Positions 53,962 through 63,018 of a DNA stretch of 64,000 nucleotides are shown here, piece by piece. Numbering within the stretch: the first letter of the stretch is position 1; each line of letters opens with the position of its first letter. The position numbers and the translations under genes are program-made. The notes beneath the pieces are model-generated. The model ran no database searches, had not been told where the DNA came from, and worked only from the letters and a program-made list of their open reading frames with translations. Where the stretch lies: sequence record MH460460.1; one strand, 5' to 3'.

Positions 53962-55116
53962 TTAAACGCCACCACCTGCGGCCAACAGGAAGATACGCAT
54001 CCCGGTGTTTTTCGGGCTGTTTGCAGACAGCGCCTGATAGGTACGTTTTTTCGGCGTAGGATTCTGAGGATCAGTGTTATCCATTTCGTTATAAACCTGA
54101 ACGGCAATTTGCACGCCGTTGGAAATAACGTCAGCAGAAGCGTAACCTACCATATCAATTTCATACGGATAGGAATAACGATGAGAGTTGAAACCTTGCG
54201 GTAAGCGGAAGTCAAACTTATTGTCTTCCGAGAATGCAACTTGCTGCAACGGGTTGATAACAGCAAAGGCGTCGGCAGAATGCTGAACAGCAGAAACAGC
54301 AGCAGTCGGCGCGTTCACGTCAGTTTCGCGAACAGTGAAACGCTGAATACCGCCAGCGATCAGATCGTTGGAATTTTCACTACCGCCACCGTTCACAGAG
54401 TACATGCAGAACAGCGGAGCTTTACCGTCAGTTACAACGGAACCATCGCGATTGATTGCACGCTGAATTACCAGCCACGCTTGACGGCAACCGAAATCAT
54501 CAGCACCTTCAACAGAAATGTGCAGCGCCAGACCGTGATCGGAAATCGACAGATGATACGTCATCGGAGTAGATGCCGGATCAGTGAAGATCATAGAATC
54601 GGCGTCGGTGTCCTGAAAACACATCGTACCAGCGTAAGCCGGAGTAGCAGTCAGAGTGCCTTGATCGTTGACGATACCACGATGCCAGAAATACGTTGCG
54701 TGCGCAGAATTTTTATCCGCATCCTGAGTAATCTGAGCAGGCAGCGCACTGGTGCGACGCTTACCAATCGAGCCAGAATAGATCGGATACGCGGCCTGAC
54801 CGATAACAGTCTGACCAATTTTCGCAACGGTTCCAGTATCAGAAATCTGATCCGGAGTTGCAACGTTCAGACGAGTTGACAGCGGAGCCAACTGTCCAGC
54901 GATACGCCAGCGCTGAGATCCAGAAACACCCGCGAGCACATCAACATCTTCGGTTGCTTCGATAACGAAACTGTTCAGCGCAACAGTCGGCATAGAAGAA
55001 CCAGCGGTTCCGTTTGCACTTACCAGAGTGAAGCCATTCGCTACCAGATCGGCAACAATGTCTTTCCACATTTTCTGGTTGTCAACGTAGCCAGATTTTT
55101 TAATAAACTTACCCAT
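53962..55116 (-). CDS. Abundant virion structural protein (possible hair/whisker subunit), paralog A
   Basis: Strong codon bias, GAGG RBS and its own terminator; paralogous to 55135-56109. Confidence 0.6.
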   Translation of the reverse strand: MGKFIKKSGYVDNQKMWKDIVADLVANGFTLVSANGTAGSSMPTVALNSFVIEATEDVDVLAGVSGSQRWRIAGQLAPLSTRLNVATPDQISDTGTVAKIGQTVIGQAAYPIYSGSIGKRRTSALPAQITQDADKNSAHATYFWHRGIVNDQGTLTATPAYAGTMCFQDTDADSMIFTDPASTPMTYHLSISDHGLALHISVEGADDFGCRQAWLVIQRAINRDGSVVTDGKAPLFCMYSVNGGGSENSNDLIAGGIQRFTVRETDVNAPTAAVSAVQHSADAFAVINPLQQVAFSEDNKFDFRLPQGFNSHRYSYPYEIDMVGYASADVISNGVQIAVQVYNEMDNTDPQNPTPKKRTYQALSANSPKNTGMRIFLLAAGGGV

Positions 55117-55134
55117 TGTTAAGGTTCCTCTTTA

Positions 55135-56109
55135 TTATTCGCCAGTATCAACTTTTGCAATCGGGAAAAGAACTCGCATACCACGGTTATCTTTTCCGTT
55201 CGCATTCAGTGCGCGATAAGTGTTAGTCACTTTCGCAGGAGACAGATCAATCTGCGATGCAGCAGAAATAACATCAGCAGAAGTGTACCCCAACATATCC
55301 AGAACGATATGATAGAGATAACGATGAGAGTTAATCATGTGCGGGAACAGAACAATTGCTTTGTTCCCCTCCGCGATCATCACTTGTTGCAGCGGGTTAA
55401 TAATCGGAATGCCATCAGGAGAAGGCACAACCGCGCTGATAGGAGAAGTCGCAGAGAAAATATCACGCTCGATAACTACAAAGCGTTGGATCGATTTCGG
55501 ATTCAGAGTATCCGGATCGCCTTCCTGACCGCCACCGCAAGAGAAAATTGCGAACAGCGGAGATTGCGCATCTACTGCGCCAGTGTCTGCATCAACGCCG
55601 CGCTGAACTACCAGCCAGCTAAATGCGGTGCCAGTGTTATCCAGACCTTCGGCGTTTACGTGCAGTGAGAAACCGTGATCGGTAACAGACAGATCGTAAG
55701 AGAACGGATACGCTGCAAAATCAGCAGCATCATCAACTTTCCAATCATTGACCAGATCGATGAAGTATTCGCTTTCAGATCCATCAACAGAAACACGCCC
55801 AACTTCCGCAGTAGCATTACGCTTAACAGCTTCGAAAGTGGGACTGAGTTGGTTAGACGGCAATACGTGAAGAGAGAGATTTTTCTTAACGTTATCTGCC
55901 GAAATAATTACAGACCATTTTTGATTTTCGTAGAGAGAATCAACCGCCATTGCAGCAGAAAGAACAATCTTTTTTGCCGCCGGAGTGATTGAAGTACCTG
56001 CCGCACCATCGACAGCAACAACCTGAAAACCGGAAGTTGAAAATGATTGCGCCAGATCGCGTGCGAGTGCTTCAAGCCCCACAACATTTTGGCCTTTAAT
56101 GTAATTCAT
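55135..56109 (-). CDS. Virion structural protein, paralog B
   Basis: Shares YxLSxxDHGxxLH, WLVxQR, PLFxxxS, INPLQQV and NxHRYxY...GYxSADVIS motifs with paralog A. Confidence 0.6.
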   Translation of the reverse strand: MNYIKGQNVVGLEALARDLAQSFSTSGFQVVAVDGAAGTSITPAAKKIVLSAAMAVDSLYENQKWSVIISADNVKKNLSLHVLPSNQLSPTFEAVKRNATAEVGRVSVDGSESEYFIDLVNDWKVDDAADFAAYPFSYDLSVTDHGFSLHVNAEGLDNTGTAFSWLVVQRGVDADTGAVDAQSPLFAIFSCGGGQEGDPDTLNPKSIQRFVVIERDIFSATSPISAVVPSPDGIPIINPLQQVMIAEGNKAIVLFPHMINSHRYLYHIVLDMLGYTSADVISAASQIDLSPAKVTNTYRALNANGKDNRGMRVLFPIAKVDTGE

Positions 56110-56112
56110 GAA

Positions 56113-56877
56113 TTACTCCATTACTAAGTAAGTTACCGAAAGTTTCGGCTGCGCTGGAGACGATCCGAGATTTCGCATCACACCATAATGAGTTTTCCCT
56201 GACGGCACAGACAAGAAAGCATAACGACGATGTTTTGTAATCGTGTTATCTTCAATGGTTACACCATCGTCAGAAAGGAAATCTACAGTCGAACGGAAAA
56301 GGTAAGGGTTACGATCATTACGTTCGTCCGTTGTATGGAATTGGATTTCGATATCAAACGCATTTAACTCGACAACCAATAACATGCAAGTCTGCGACAT
56401 ATCCAAAGTGAAATTAAGATTTTCACCCGGTTTAATGAAATCCTGAGCACTGTACTCCACTTTTAATCGTGCGCCTGCGCCAGCACTTCCACCGAAGTTA
56501 GTCCACGACAAAGCGCCGTTCGCGCCTGACGTAAGAACTAATCCCGGTTGATCTGCCTTCGGAATAAGTTGTGAATCTTCGAGACTCACTTCTTGTTCGT
56601 TATTTGCATTCTGAACAACCTTGAGAGGACTTTTGAAAACTAAATTGTTTCCTAACTTCGCGTCTTCCCAAGTTTTCAGATCGTCTGCGAGTTGATACAT
56701 TTGTTTGTCATCCGACACCCAAACCATCATACCCGCAGACTTAGCGCCTGATTTGATTGCGTCACGTTCAGCAACTGTCTTAACGCAACGCAATCCCCCT
56801 TTCAAATGAATATCTTGAACGAGAAAAGGTAGAGCAGTGTTGGACGGTAATAAAAACGAAGTTAACATTACCGGCAT
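56113..56877 (-). CDS. Virion structural/fibre adaptor protein
   Basis: IHLKGGLRCVKTVAERDAI...GMMVWV motif typical of fibre-associated proteins; ATG at 56877 (alternative GTG at 56880). Confidence 0.6.
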   Translation of the reverse strand: MPVMLTSFLLPSNTALPFLVQDIHLKGGLRCVKTVAERDAIKSGAKSAGMMVWVSDDKQMYQLADDLKTWEDAKLGNNLVFKSPLKVVQNANNEQEVSLEDSQLIPKADQPGLVLTSGANGALSWTNFGGSAGAGARLKVEYSAQDFIKPGENLNFTLDMSQTCMLLVVELNAFDIEIQFHTTDERNDRNPYLFRSTVDFLSDDGVTIEDNTITKHRRYAFLSVPSGKTHYGVMRNLGSSPAQPKLSVTYLVME

Positions 56878-56892
56878 CACTTTCTCCTTCTA

Positions 56893-59800
56893 TTAAGGCA
56901 TACCTGACAGTGGATCTTTCGAACCATAAGTCAGTTCAAAACTGAAACTGTACTGATCACCGAATGGGAAGTCAGCGCGATAGACGTAGTACAGCACACC
57001 GTCAATCGTAACTTCTACGCCGCCAACAAAGTTGAAATCATCAAACTCTTTAGCGCCATCCCACGAACCAGCAAAGCCACTCACCGGATCTTTAAAGTAT
57101 CCATATGCGAGGCGTGCAGGCCATGCAGCATACCAGAAGAGTTTGTTTGCTTCCGTAGAAGAACCAGCAGGAATATTCAGAATCTGAGTTCCTGTTTCAG
57201 TCAGATTTGTTTTCAGCGATTCAAAGAATGCTTTATCATAACCTGACATACTCATCACTTTGGTATGCGTGCCGTAGCGCGGGCCATATGCAGTCGGAAC
57301 ATCAGCAGGCAACACGTTAATGTTTCGAGTCTGAGTAACAACAGCACTTTCCAAACGATATACAGCAGTAATGCGCACAACAGACGGAGAGGAAACAACA
57401 GTTGTAGACAGAACACCTTTCGAAATCGAAGGCACAGTAGTTCCGCTAACAACAGTAACACTCCATTCTGTATCCTGCGTAACGTCTTTCGAACTTGCGT
57501 CCGTAAACAAAGCAAGCGCAGTGTATGGAGTATCGTTACCGCCAACAATATCAGTCGGGCCATTGATGGAAAGACTTTCCGGCAGAACGTCAGCTTTATT
57601 GCGAATGATAACACTCGCCTGACTATTCATTTCGCCGTCGCTTGCGCGAAGCAACACGGTCTGATCTTGCGTAACTTGTTTTGCAGTCATCAAGCCCGCA
57701 GAATCAATCGTTGCGTACTCCCCACCTTGCAGAATTAACCACGAAAGATTCGTGATCGGCTGCGTGGTATTATCCGACATTAAATAATGTGCGGTGAAGT
57801 TTCCGGTAGCGCCTTCGTCGATTGTTGAAGGGCCAACGATTTCGATACGAACTTTCGTCGCAGGATTTCCTCGCGCAACAATAGATTTCGTAGCGTTCTT
57901 CGTAATACCGTTTTCGGTGTACGTCGCAGACAGCGAAATATTCACGGACGGAATATCAATCGTGCCTACAGTGAGTCGCCCGGTTGCGCCATCAAAACTT
58001 GCGTAACTGGTTGTCGTCACCATTTTAAATTCATCAGGTTGCACCATTAAAGTGTGACCATCAGAATAAGTCGCGAGCACCGTGTAATCGTGTTGTGAGT
58101 TTTGCTGAACATCGCTATCACCGAGAATCTGAATCGAAGAAAGCGCAACAGTCGGCACAACGTTAACGATAGTAATCTGTTTCGTAGCGCTGCGCGTATA
58201 TCCTTTATACGTGTAAGTCGCCGTCAACGTGATTACAGTATCTTGCTGAACCTGATTTGCGTTCACCGTTTTACTAACGATGTATGCAACGGCAACGTTC
58301 GAACTTGTGAACGTATCCGGATCAACAGTGCGGTTCGTACCAGTGTTCATGATCGCTAAGAAGCGATAGGTACTTGCGCGACCTTCGATGATCGTATCAG
58401 CGCCCTGAATAATAAAATCTTCCATGAATTCTTCGGAAGGCTCTTTCACAATCGTGATAGTTTTCTTCGCGTCGATAAATTGATTATTCGACGGCGAAGT
58501 GTAGCCAGCCTGCAATTCAACAGAACGGTTCGCTTCTGTTTCTTTTTTCGCAGTTACTTTGTTGCCGCTAATAACGGTATACAGAGAAGGAACCGCGTTG
58601 AAGAAATCAGGAGTTACTTGTTCTTTATCGCCATTCGACCAAACAGCAATGAACGTATAGGACGCGGTGCCTGCGCTGTTAATGGAAGACACACCGTTAA
58701 TTTGCAGTTCCGTCATACGCTGCGCTTTAATCGTAACCTTTTTGGTTCCGGTATAAACGTTGCCGTTATATTCGTAAGTCGCAGTAAGAGTAACGATAGT
58801 ATCAGCGTCGATGCGAGCACCTTCGCCGACCATTCCTGTAAGAATCATTGCAGTGGAATTATCCACAACAAAGTTTGCAGGACTAATCGCAGTCAAACCG
58901 CCTTTCTTAAACAACGCATAAACAGCGTAAGTGTCACGTTCGCGGAAGAACAGCGAATCTTTACCAGCGATAGTAATAGATTCAATTTCATCTTCCGGAA
59001 TAAACACGTTGCGAATATGAAGATCGTAAGTGCCAACAACAATTTTTCCGAACACCGGATCTTTCAGTTTCGCCGTAACTTTCAACACAACATCAGCACC
59101 GAGATCCGGAGCAGATACAGTACCATCGGTGGCAATCGTTACGCCAACAACGTTTTCTTCAATCGACCAAATAACACCAGTCGGATCTTGAACAACATTG
59201 TTTTCCCATTCAGCAGTCGCCACAAGTTTAATGCTTGTGTTGTCGCTCATGTAACTTGCGTTACCGGGAAGGCTAATGCGCAGATTCAAAAGTCGCGGAG
59301 AAGTCCAATCAACGTTGTCCAGACTTGGCTTGCGCCATTCCCCGATGTACTTATGAACATCCATAGGATCACGCCCCACAAGGGCAAGAACAGCACCAGC
59401 AACAGGGCTAATGGAACTATCCACTTGTGCGTAATCTTTGCTATTGATACGGATTTTCGTGCGCGGATAATCTGCGTGATCGTGTGAAGTTGGCTCACGT
59501 TTATCGCTCATTCGTGGATCGGTACTGCTAACTGCAATCGACGCTGTTTGGTTATCTTTTAAAATAACTTTACCGATGCGAGTTGTACCGGCTATAGGCG
59601 TAGAAAGCTCGCCCGGATCGATTCCCAAATCATACGCGTTTTCCACAACGGTGCGGAAAAACTGCGAAGACTTATAGAGATTCGCGTAATCAGAAATTTC
59701 TTCCCACGTACCGCGAAACGTTCCATCAGAAATGTGCGAAGTACGAAGCAGAACCTTTTGAAAATTAGGCGACGCAGGATTGCCATCGACCCACAAAAGG

Positions 59801-59976
59801 TTATAAGGCTTATCAGCAAACGAAGGTTCCGTGTAGCTCACAACCATCTGATAAACATCTTTCTGGTTATTCACATACGGTTTAAATTCGAAGTTGATCG
59901 GATTACGCGGAGTTAAGCCACGCATACGCGCAAGCTGAATATACTTCTTAGCGAAATCCAAAATGTTAGTTGCCAT
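56893..59976 (-). CDS. Ig-repeat fibre protein (about 1027 aa)
   Basis: At least five Big_2-like repeats (L.I.G...I.......Y...A..SDG); start moved to MATNIL at 59976 (GGAGG RBS). Confidence 0.75.
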   Translation of the reverse strand: MATNILDFAKKYIQLARMRGLTPRNPINFEFKPYVNNQKDVYQMVVSYTEPSFADKPYNLLWVDGNPASPNFQKVLLRTSHISDGTFRGTWEEISDYANLYKSSQFFRTVVENAYDLGIDPGELSTPIAGTTRIGKVILKDNQTASIAVSSTDPRMSDKREPTSHDHADYPRTKIRINSKDYAQVDSSISPVAGAVLALVGRDPMDVHKYIGEWRKPSLDNVDWTSPRLLNLRISLPGNASYMSDNTSIKLVATAEWENNVVQDPTGVIWSIEENVVGVTIATDGTVSAPDLGADVVLKVTAKLKDPVFGKIVVGTYDLHIRNVFIPEDEIESITIAGKDSLFFRERDTYAVYALFKKGGLTAISPANFVVDNSTAMILTGMVGEGARIDADTIVTLTATYEYNGNVYTGTKKVTIKAQRMTELQINGVSSINSAGTASYTFIAVWSNGDKEQVTPDFFNAVPSLYTVISGNKVTAKKETEANRSVELQAGYTSPSNNQFIDAKKTITIVKEPSEEFMEDFIIQGADTIIEGRASTYRFLAIMNTGTNRTVDPDTFTSSNVAVAYIVSKTVNANQVQQDTVITLTATYTYKGYTRSATKQITIVNVVPTVALSSIQILGDSDVQQNSQHDYTVLATYSDGHTLMVQPDEFKMVTTTSYASFDGATGRLTVGTIDIPSVNISLSATYTENGITKNATKSIVARGNPATKVRIEIVGPSTIDEGATGNFTAHYLMSDNTTQPITNLSWLILQGGEYATIDSAGLMTAKQVTQDQTVLLRASDGEMNSQASVIIRNKADVLPESLSINGPTDIVGGNDTPYTALALFTDASSKDVTQDTEWSVTVVSGTTVPSISKGVLSTTVVSSPSVVRITAVYRLESAVVTQTRNINVLPADVPTAYGPRYGTHTKVMSMSGYDKAFFESLKTNLTETGTQILNIPAGSSTEANKLFWYAAWPARLAYGYFKDPVSGFAGSWDGAKEFDDFNFVGGVEVTIDGVLYYVYRADFPFGDQYSFSFELTYGSKDPLSGMP

Positions 59977-60610
59977 CTTGTGCCTCCAACAGATCAGCAG
60001 CGTCGATAGCTGCGTATTTGGCAACGCTGGCATCTTCCGCAACGAAAGTTGTTCCTACAGTTCCTTTATCGGCATCGACATTAATCTTACCAGTCGAGTG
60101 CTTCAATTCTTTCGCAGGTTTTTCCGGATGCGTGTGATCTTTTGGAACGCGTGCATCGGTATTGCGCGGATCATTTTCAGAAACAAAAGTCGGACGATCA
60201 TCAGCGGTTGCTTTCGTAGTAAGACGAGCAACGCCGTAATCATCTTTAGTTGCGTAAGGCAGAGAAGCGCCGGAAGGAAGATCTTCTTGTGCGTAATACT
60301 GAGGTGCCCAAAGAGAAGAAACTTCTTTCACTTCTACCCACGTATGTTTGAAAATAGCAGAAGGATCTTTCGACGTGCGCGTTAACAACGTGCGATAAAA
60401 TTTCGTCTTAGAATCCATGCACAGCCAAACAACGTTAAGCGGTAAAGGAATTGCCGTTGGTTCCGTATCAGAAACGACAAAACTCGCGCTCGTATTCAAA
60501 ACCGGATTCACCTGACGAATAACTTGCGTCAAGCGTGAGGCTTCGAAGTCCGTAACAGCGAGTAGTGCAGAAATGATCTGATTGAAGGTAGGCAGCAGAG
60601 TTGTTGTCAT
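59966..60610 (-). CDS. Fibre-associated protein, paralog of the N-terminus of 56893-59976
   Basis: VVSDTEP...NVVWL and DPRNTDARVPKDHTH motifs; start moved to MTTTLL at 60610. Confidence 0.65.
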   Translation of the reverse strand: MTTTLLPTFNQIISALLAVTDFEASRLTQVIRQVNPVLNTSASFVVSDTEPTAIPLPLNVVWLCMDSKTKFYRTLLTRTSKDPSAIFKHTWVEVKEVSSLWAPQYYAQEDLPSGASLPYATKDDYGVARLTTKATADDRPTFVSENDPRNTDARVPKDHTHPEKPAKELKHSTGKINVDADKGTVGTTFVAEDASVAKYAAIDAADLLEAQDGN

Positions 60611-61233
60611 TTCAATTCCCCTTCCTTCAATTTGCGCCACGTTACTGCGTCATTTTCAAAAACAAGAATCTGACCAAGTTTCGGTGCCGCTTGATCCTGT
60701 ACAGGAATATGTTCTGCGCCGCCTGATTTATTCACGCTGAACATCGACGCCGGAGTTTCCGGATGCGAATGCTCAAGTGGAGGACGGGCATCAGTTAAAG
60801 TCGAATCGCCATCCTGAATAACGCGTGCTTCACTTTGCGGATAAGAAAGATATCCAACGCCGTGCGTTAATACAGTTGCGACCGGAGCAAGTTGACCAGC
60901 AACCACGCCGATATCAGCAGGCGAATAATGCTGTTCTTCCATTGCGTCGTCGTAGAAATACAATTCCGTCCAAACATCGTTGTAAGGATTTGCACTATCA
61001 TGCGACGTGCGTTTAAAAGCGCTACGGAAAGTTTCAGACTCTGGATTAAAATCAATCCATACGCCATTTTCCGGCAGCACCACATAACGAGGAACCGAAT
61101 AGCCACAGAAGAAAACCAAACCGAGCGAACTCCCTTCCACCGGAAGGCGGAAGAGAATCGGGTTTTTATTCTGACTATGGATGTTCGTTAGAAGCTCAAC
61201 GTTATTGATAAACTTTTCTAACTTTAATTCCAT
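60607..61233 (-). CDS. Fibre-associated protein, second paralog
   Basis: NGVWIDFNPES..F...KRTSH and DSTLTDARPPLEHSHP motifs; GGAG RBS. Confidence 0.65.
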   Translation of the reverse strand: MELKLEKFINNVELLTNIHSQNKNPILFRLPVEGSSLGLVFFCGYSVPRYVVLPENGVWIDFNPESETFRSAFKRTSHDSANPYNDVWTELYFYDDAMEEQHYSPADIGVVAGQLAPVATVLTHGVGYLSYPQSEARVIQDGDSTLTDARPPLEHSHPETPASMFSVNKSGGAEHIPVQDQAAPKLGQILVFENDAVTWRKLKEGELK

Positions 61234-61254
61234 GAGTCTTCTCCAGAAGAAGAA

Positions 61255-62937
61255 TTAGATCACCGTTGCCGTACTGCCTTTCGGGTTGATGTTGAAACGG
61301 TAAATCAAACGACGCGTCATACGAGTCGGATCGAGAACGATATCAATAATCAGATCGCCGTTTTCAATCGTTTTGTTTGTGTTGTTCGTTTCATCACACA
61401 CAACTTTATAACCAGCAGAACCTGTAGAGCCAGTACGCAGACCGCGACCTAAACGAATCTCTTCTAAGAACTTCTCAATCTTCGCAACGAGAGTATCACG
61501 CAGAACACTATCGTTAGGATCGAAAAGTCCGGTACGCGCTTGTCGGCTTGCAACTTCCAGAATGTAACCAACCATACGCTGAATCGGCACTTGCTGGAAA
61601 GCGCTGTCAGTATTCAGGAGCGTAAACGCTTCCCAAATTGCATAACCGCCGCCCAACTGTTCCGGAAGTTTGCGCAGGTAGTTAATCTGTTCACGCGCAA
61701 GAGCATCGCGAGCAGCCTGATCGTAGAGTTGCTTCGAGCCGTACACCTGTAAATTTTCAGATGCAGTAATACCAGCAGGAGCGAACCAAGTACCGCGATT
61801 GTTATCCGTTGCGCAGTAAGCCGCAGCAACCTGACCAACAAACGGAACCCAAATATAACGCCCGGTATCTTCATCGAACTCTTTGATGTGCGGAGCATAC
61901 AACGACATATTTTTTGCGTTGATGTTCAGCGTTTGGCGGCGATAACGAATCGCTTTCGCTACAGTTTGTTCTGATTGCGGAATCGATCCAATAACGTGAC
62001 AGTTGATGTGGTTGTTTGCAGCCAACACCATGCCACGGTGAACGATATGATCGTCCAGACCACCAGACACCAAAAGAGTTACGCGCACTTCTTCCGGATC
62101 ACCGAAATAATCCTGATAGGCTTGCGCCATCATATCGGAAGTAATTGCATCGCCATCACTTGCGCCAGCCATAAAAGCAAAATCGCTAGTGAGGAAATCA
62201 ATATCGTGCGTGAAATATTCGTTGCGAATAAAACGAATGTTTACGCTTTCATCGCGCAGCGCCGTTTCGAAACGGTACTGGCGACCCATATCATCAGCGT
62301 AATCGTTCAGAGTACATTGAATCTGTTCGATAGGCGCACTGCCTTGCTGATAGTTTTGGAAAACTTCCACATAGAAAATTTTCGCATTGTAGAGTTTGCG
62401 GTCACGAACGGCATCCAAACCTTTTGGAACCGCAGGACGAATTTGAACGCTGATTTCATTGTTCCATTCGCCGGGGTTTTCACAAATGATATAACCAATA
62501 ACGTTATCATTGAGAACATCATTAGGCAGGAAACCTAGCAGGTTCGGATCGTCAACACCGACAATATTTCCATCAGCATCCACGTAAGGAGTGATACTGA
62601 TTTTTGGAACTACTGCATCAGGATCATCAACAGAAACAACCAGTACCGCATATTTTGCGTTTTTTGTCAGACGCACATAATACAGTTGGTTCGTTTGTTT
62701 TGATACTTGACGCGCGATGTAAAGACCCAATCCATATTTCGGATCGCGTTTACCGAAAGTATTGCTGAGAACAGAAGGTTCAAGAATCGGAACGCGTTGA
62801 TTAACGGGGCCGCGTCTTGCACCACCTACGATCCCAACAATAGACGTTGACAGTGTTACACCTTCACCCGCAGAAAGATCTTTGGTTGCAGTATAAACGC
62901 CAGCCGACGTATGCGTACTGTTAGTGGGCATCTTCAT
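61255..62937 (-). CDS. Tail sheath protein 2 (paralog)
   Basis: HTSAGVY start, WFAPAG, REQINYL, VPIQRMV, LFDPND and VVCDETNNT...GDLIIDIVLDPT sheath motifs. Confidence 0.88.
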   Translation of the reverse strand: MKMPTNSTHTSAGVYTATKDLSAGEGVTLSTSIVGIVGGARRGPVNQRVPILEPSVLSNTFGKRDPKYGLGLYIARQVSKQTNQLYYVRLTKNAKYAVLVVSVDDPDAVVPKISITPYVDADGNIVGVDDPNLLGFLPNDVLNDNVIGYIICENPGEWNNEISVQIRPAVPKGLDAVRDRKLYNAKIFYVEVFQNYQQGSAPIEQIQCTLNDYADDMGRQYRFETALRDESVNIRFIRNEYFTHDIDFLTSDFAFMAGASDGDAITSDMMAQAYQDYFGDPEEVRVTLLVSGGLDDHIVHRGMVLAANNHINCHVIGSIPQSEQTVAKAIRYRRQTLNINAKNMSLYAPHIKEFDEDTGRYIWVPFVGQVAAAYCATDNNRGTWFAPAGITASENLQVYGSKQLYDQAARDALAREQINYLRKLPEQLGGGYAIWEAFTLLNTDSAFQQVPIQRMVGYILEVASRQARTGLFDPNDSVLRDTLVAKIEKFLEEIRLGRGLRTGSTGSAGYKVVCDETNNTNKTIENGDLIIDIVLDPTRMTRRLIYRFNINPKGSTATVI

Positions 62938-62983
62938 TTCTCCTTATTAGGACTAATGAAAATTATTGAGATCGCAGTAGAAA

Positions 62984-63013
62984 TGAAAAAGGGCAGCATA
63001 TTTGCCACCCTTT
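62984..63013 (-). terminator. Rho-independent terminator
   Basis: AAAGGGTGGCA-AATA-TGCTGCCCTTT followed by TTCATTTCT. Confidence 0.8.
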
Positions 63014-63018
63014 TAGGA

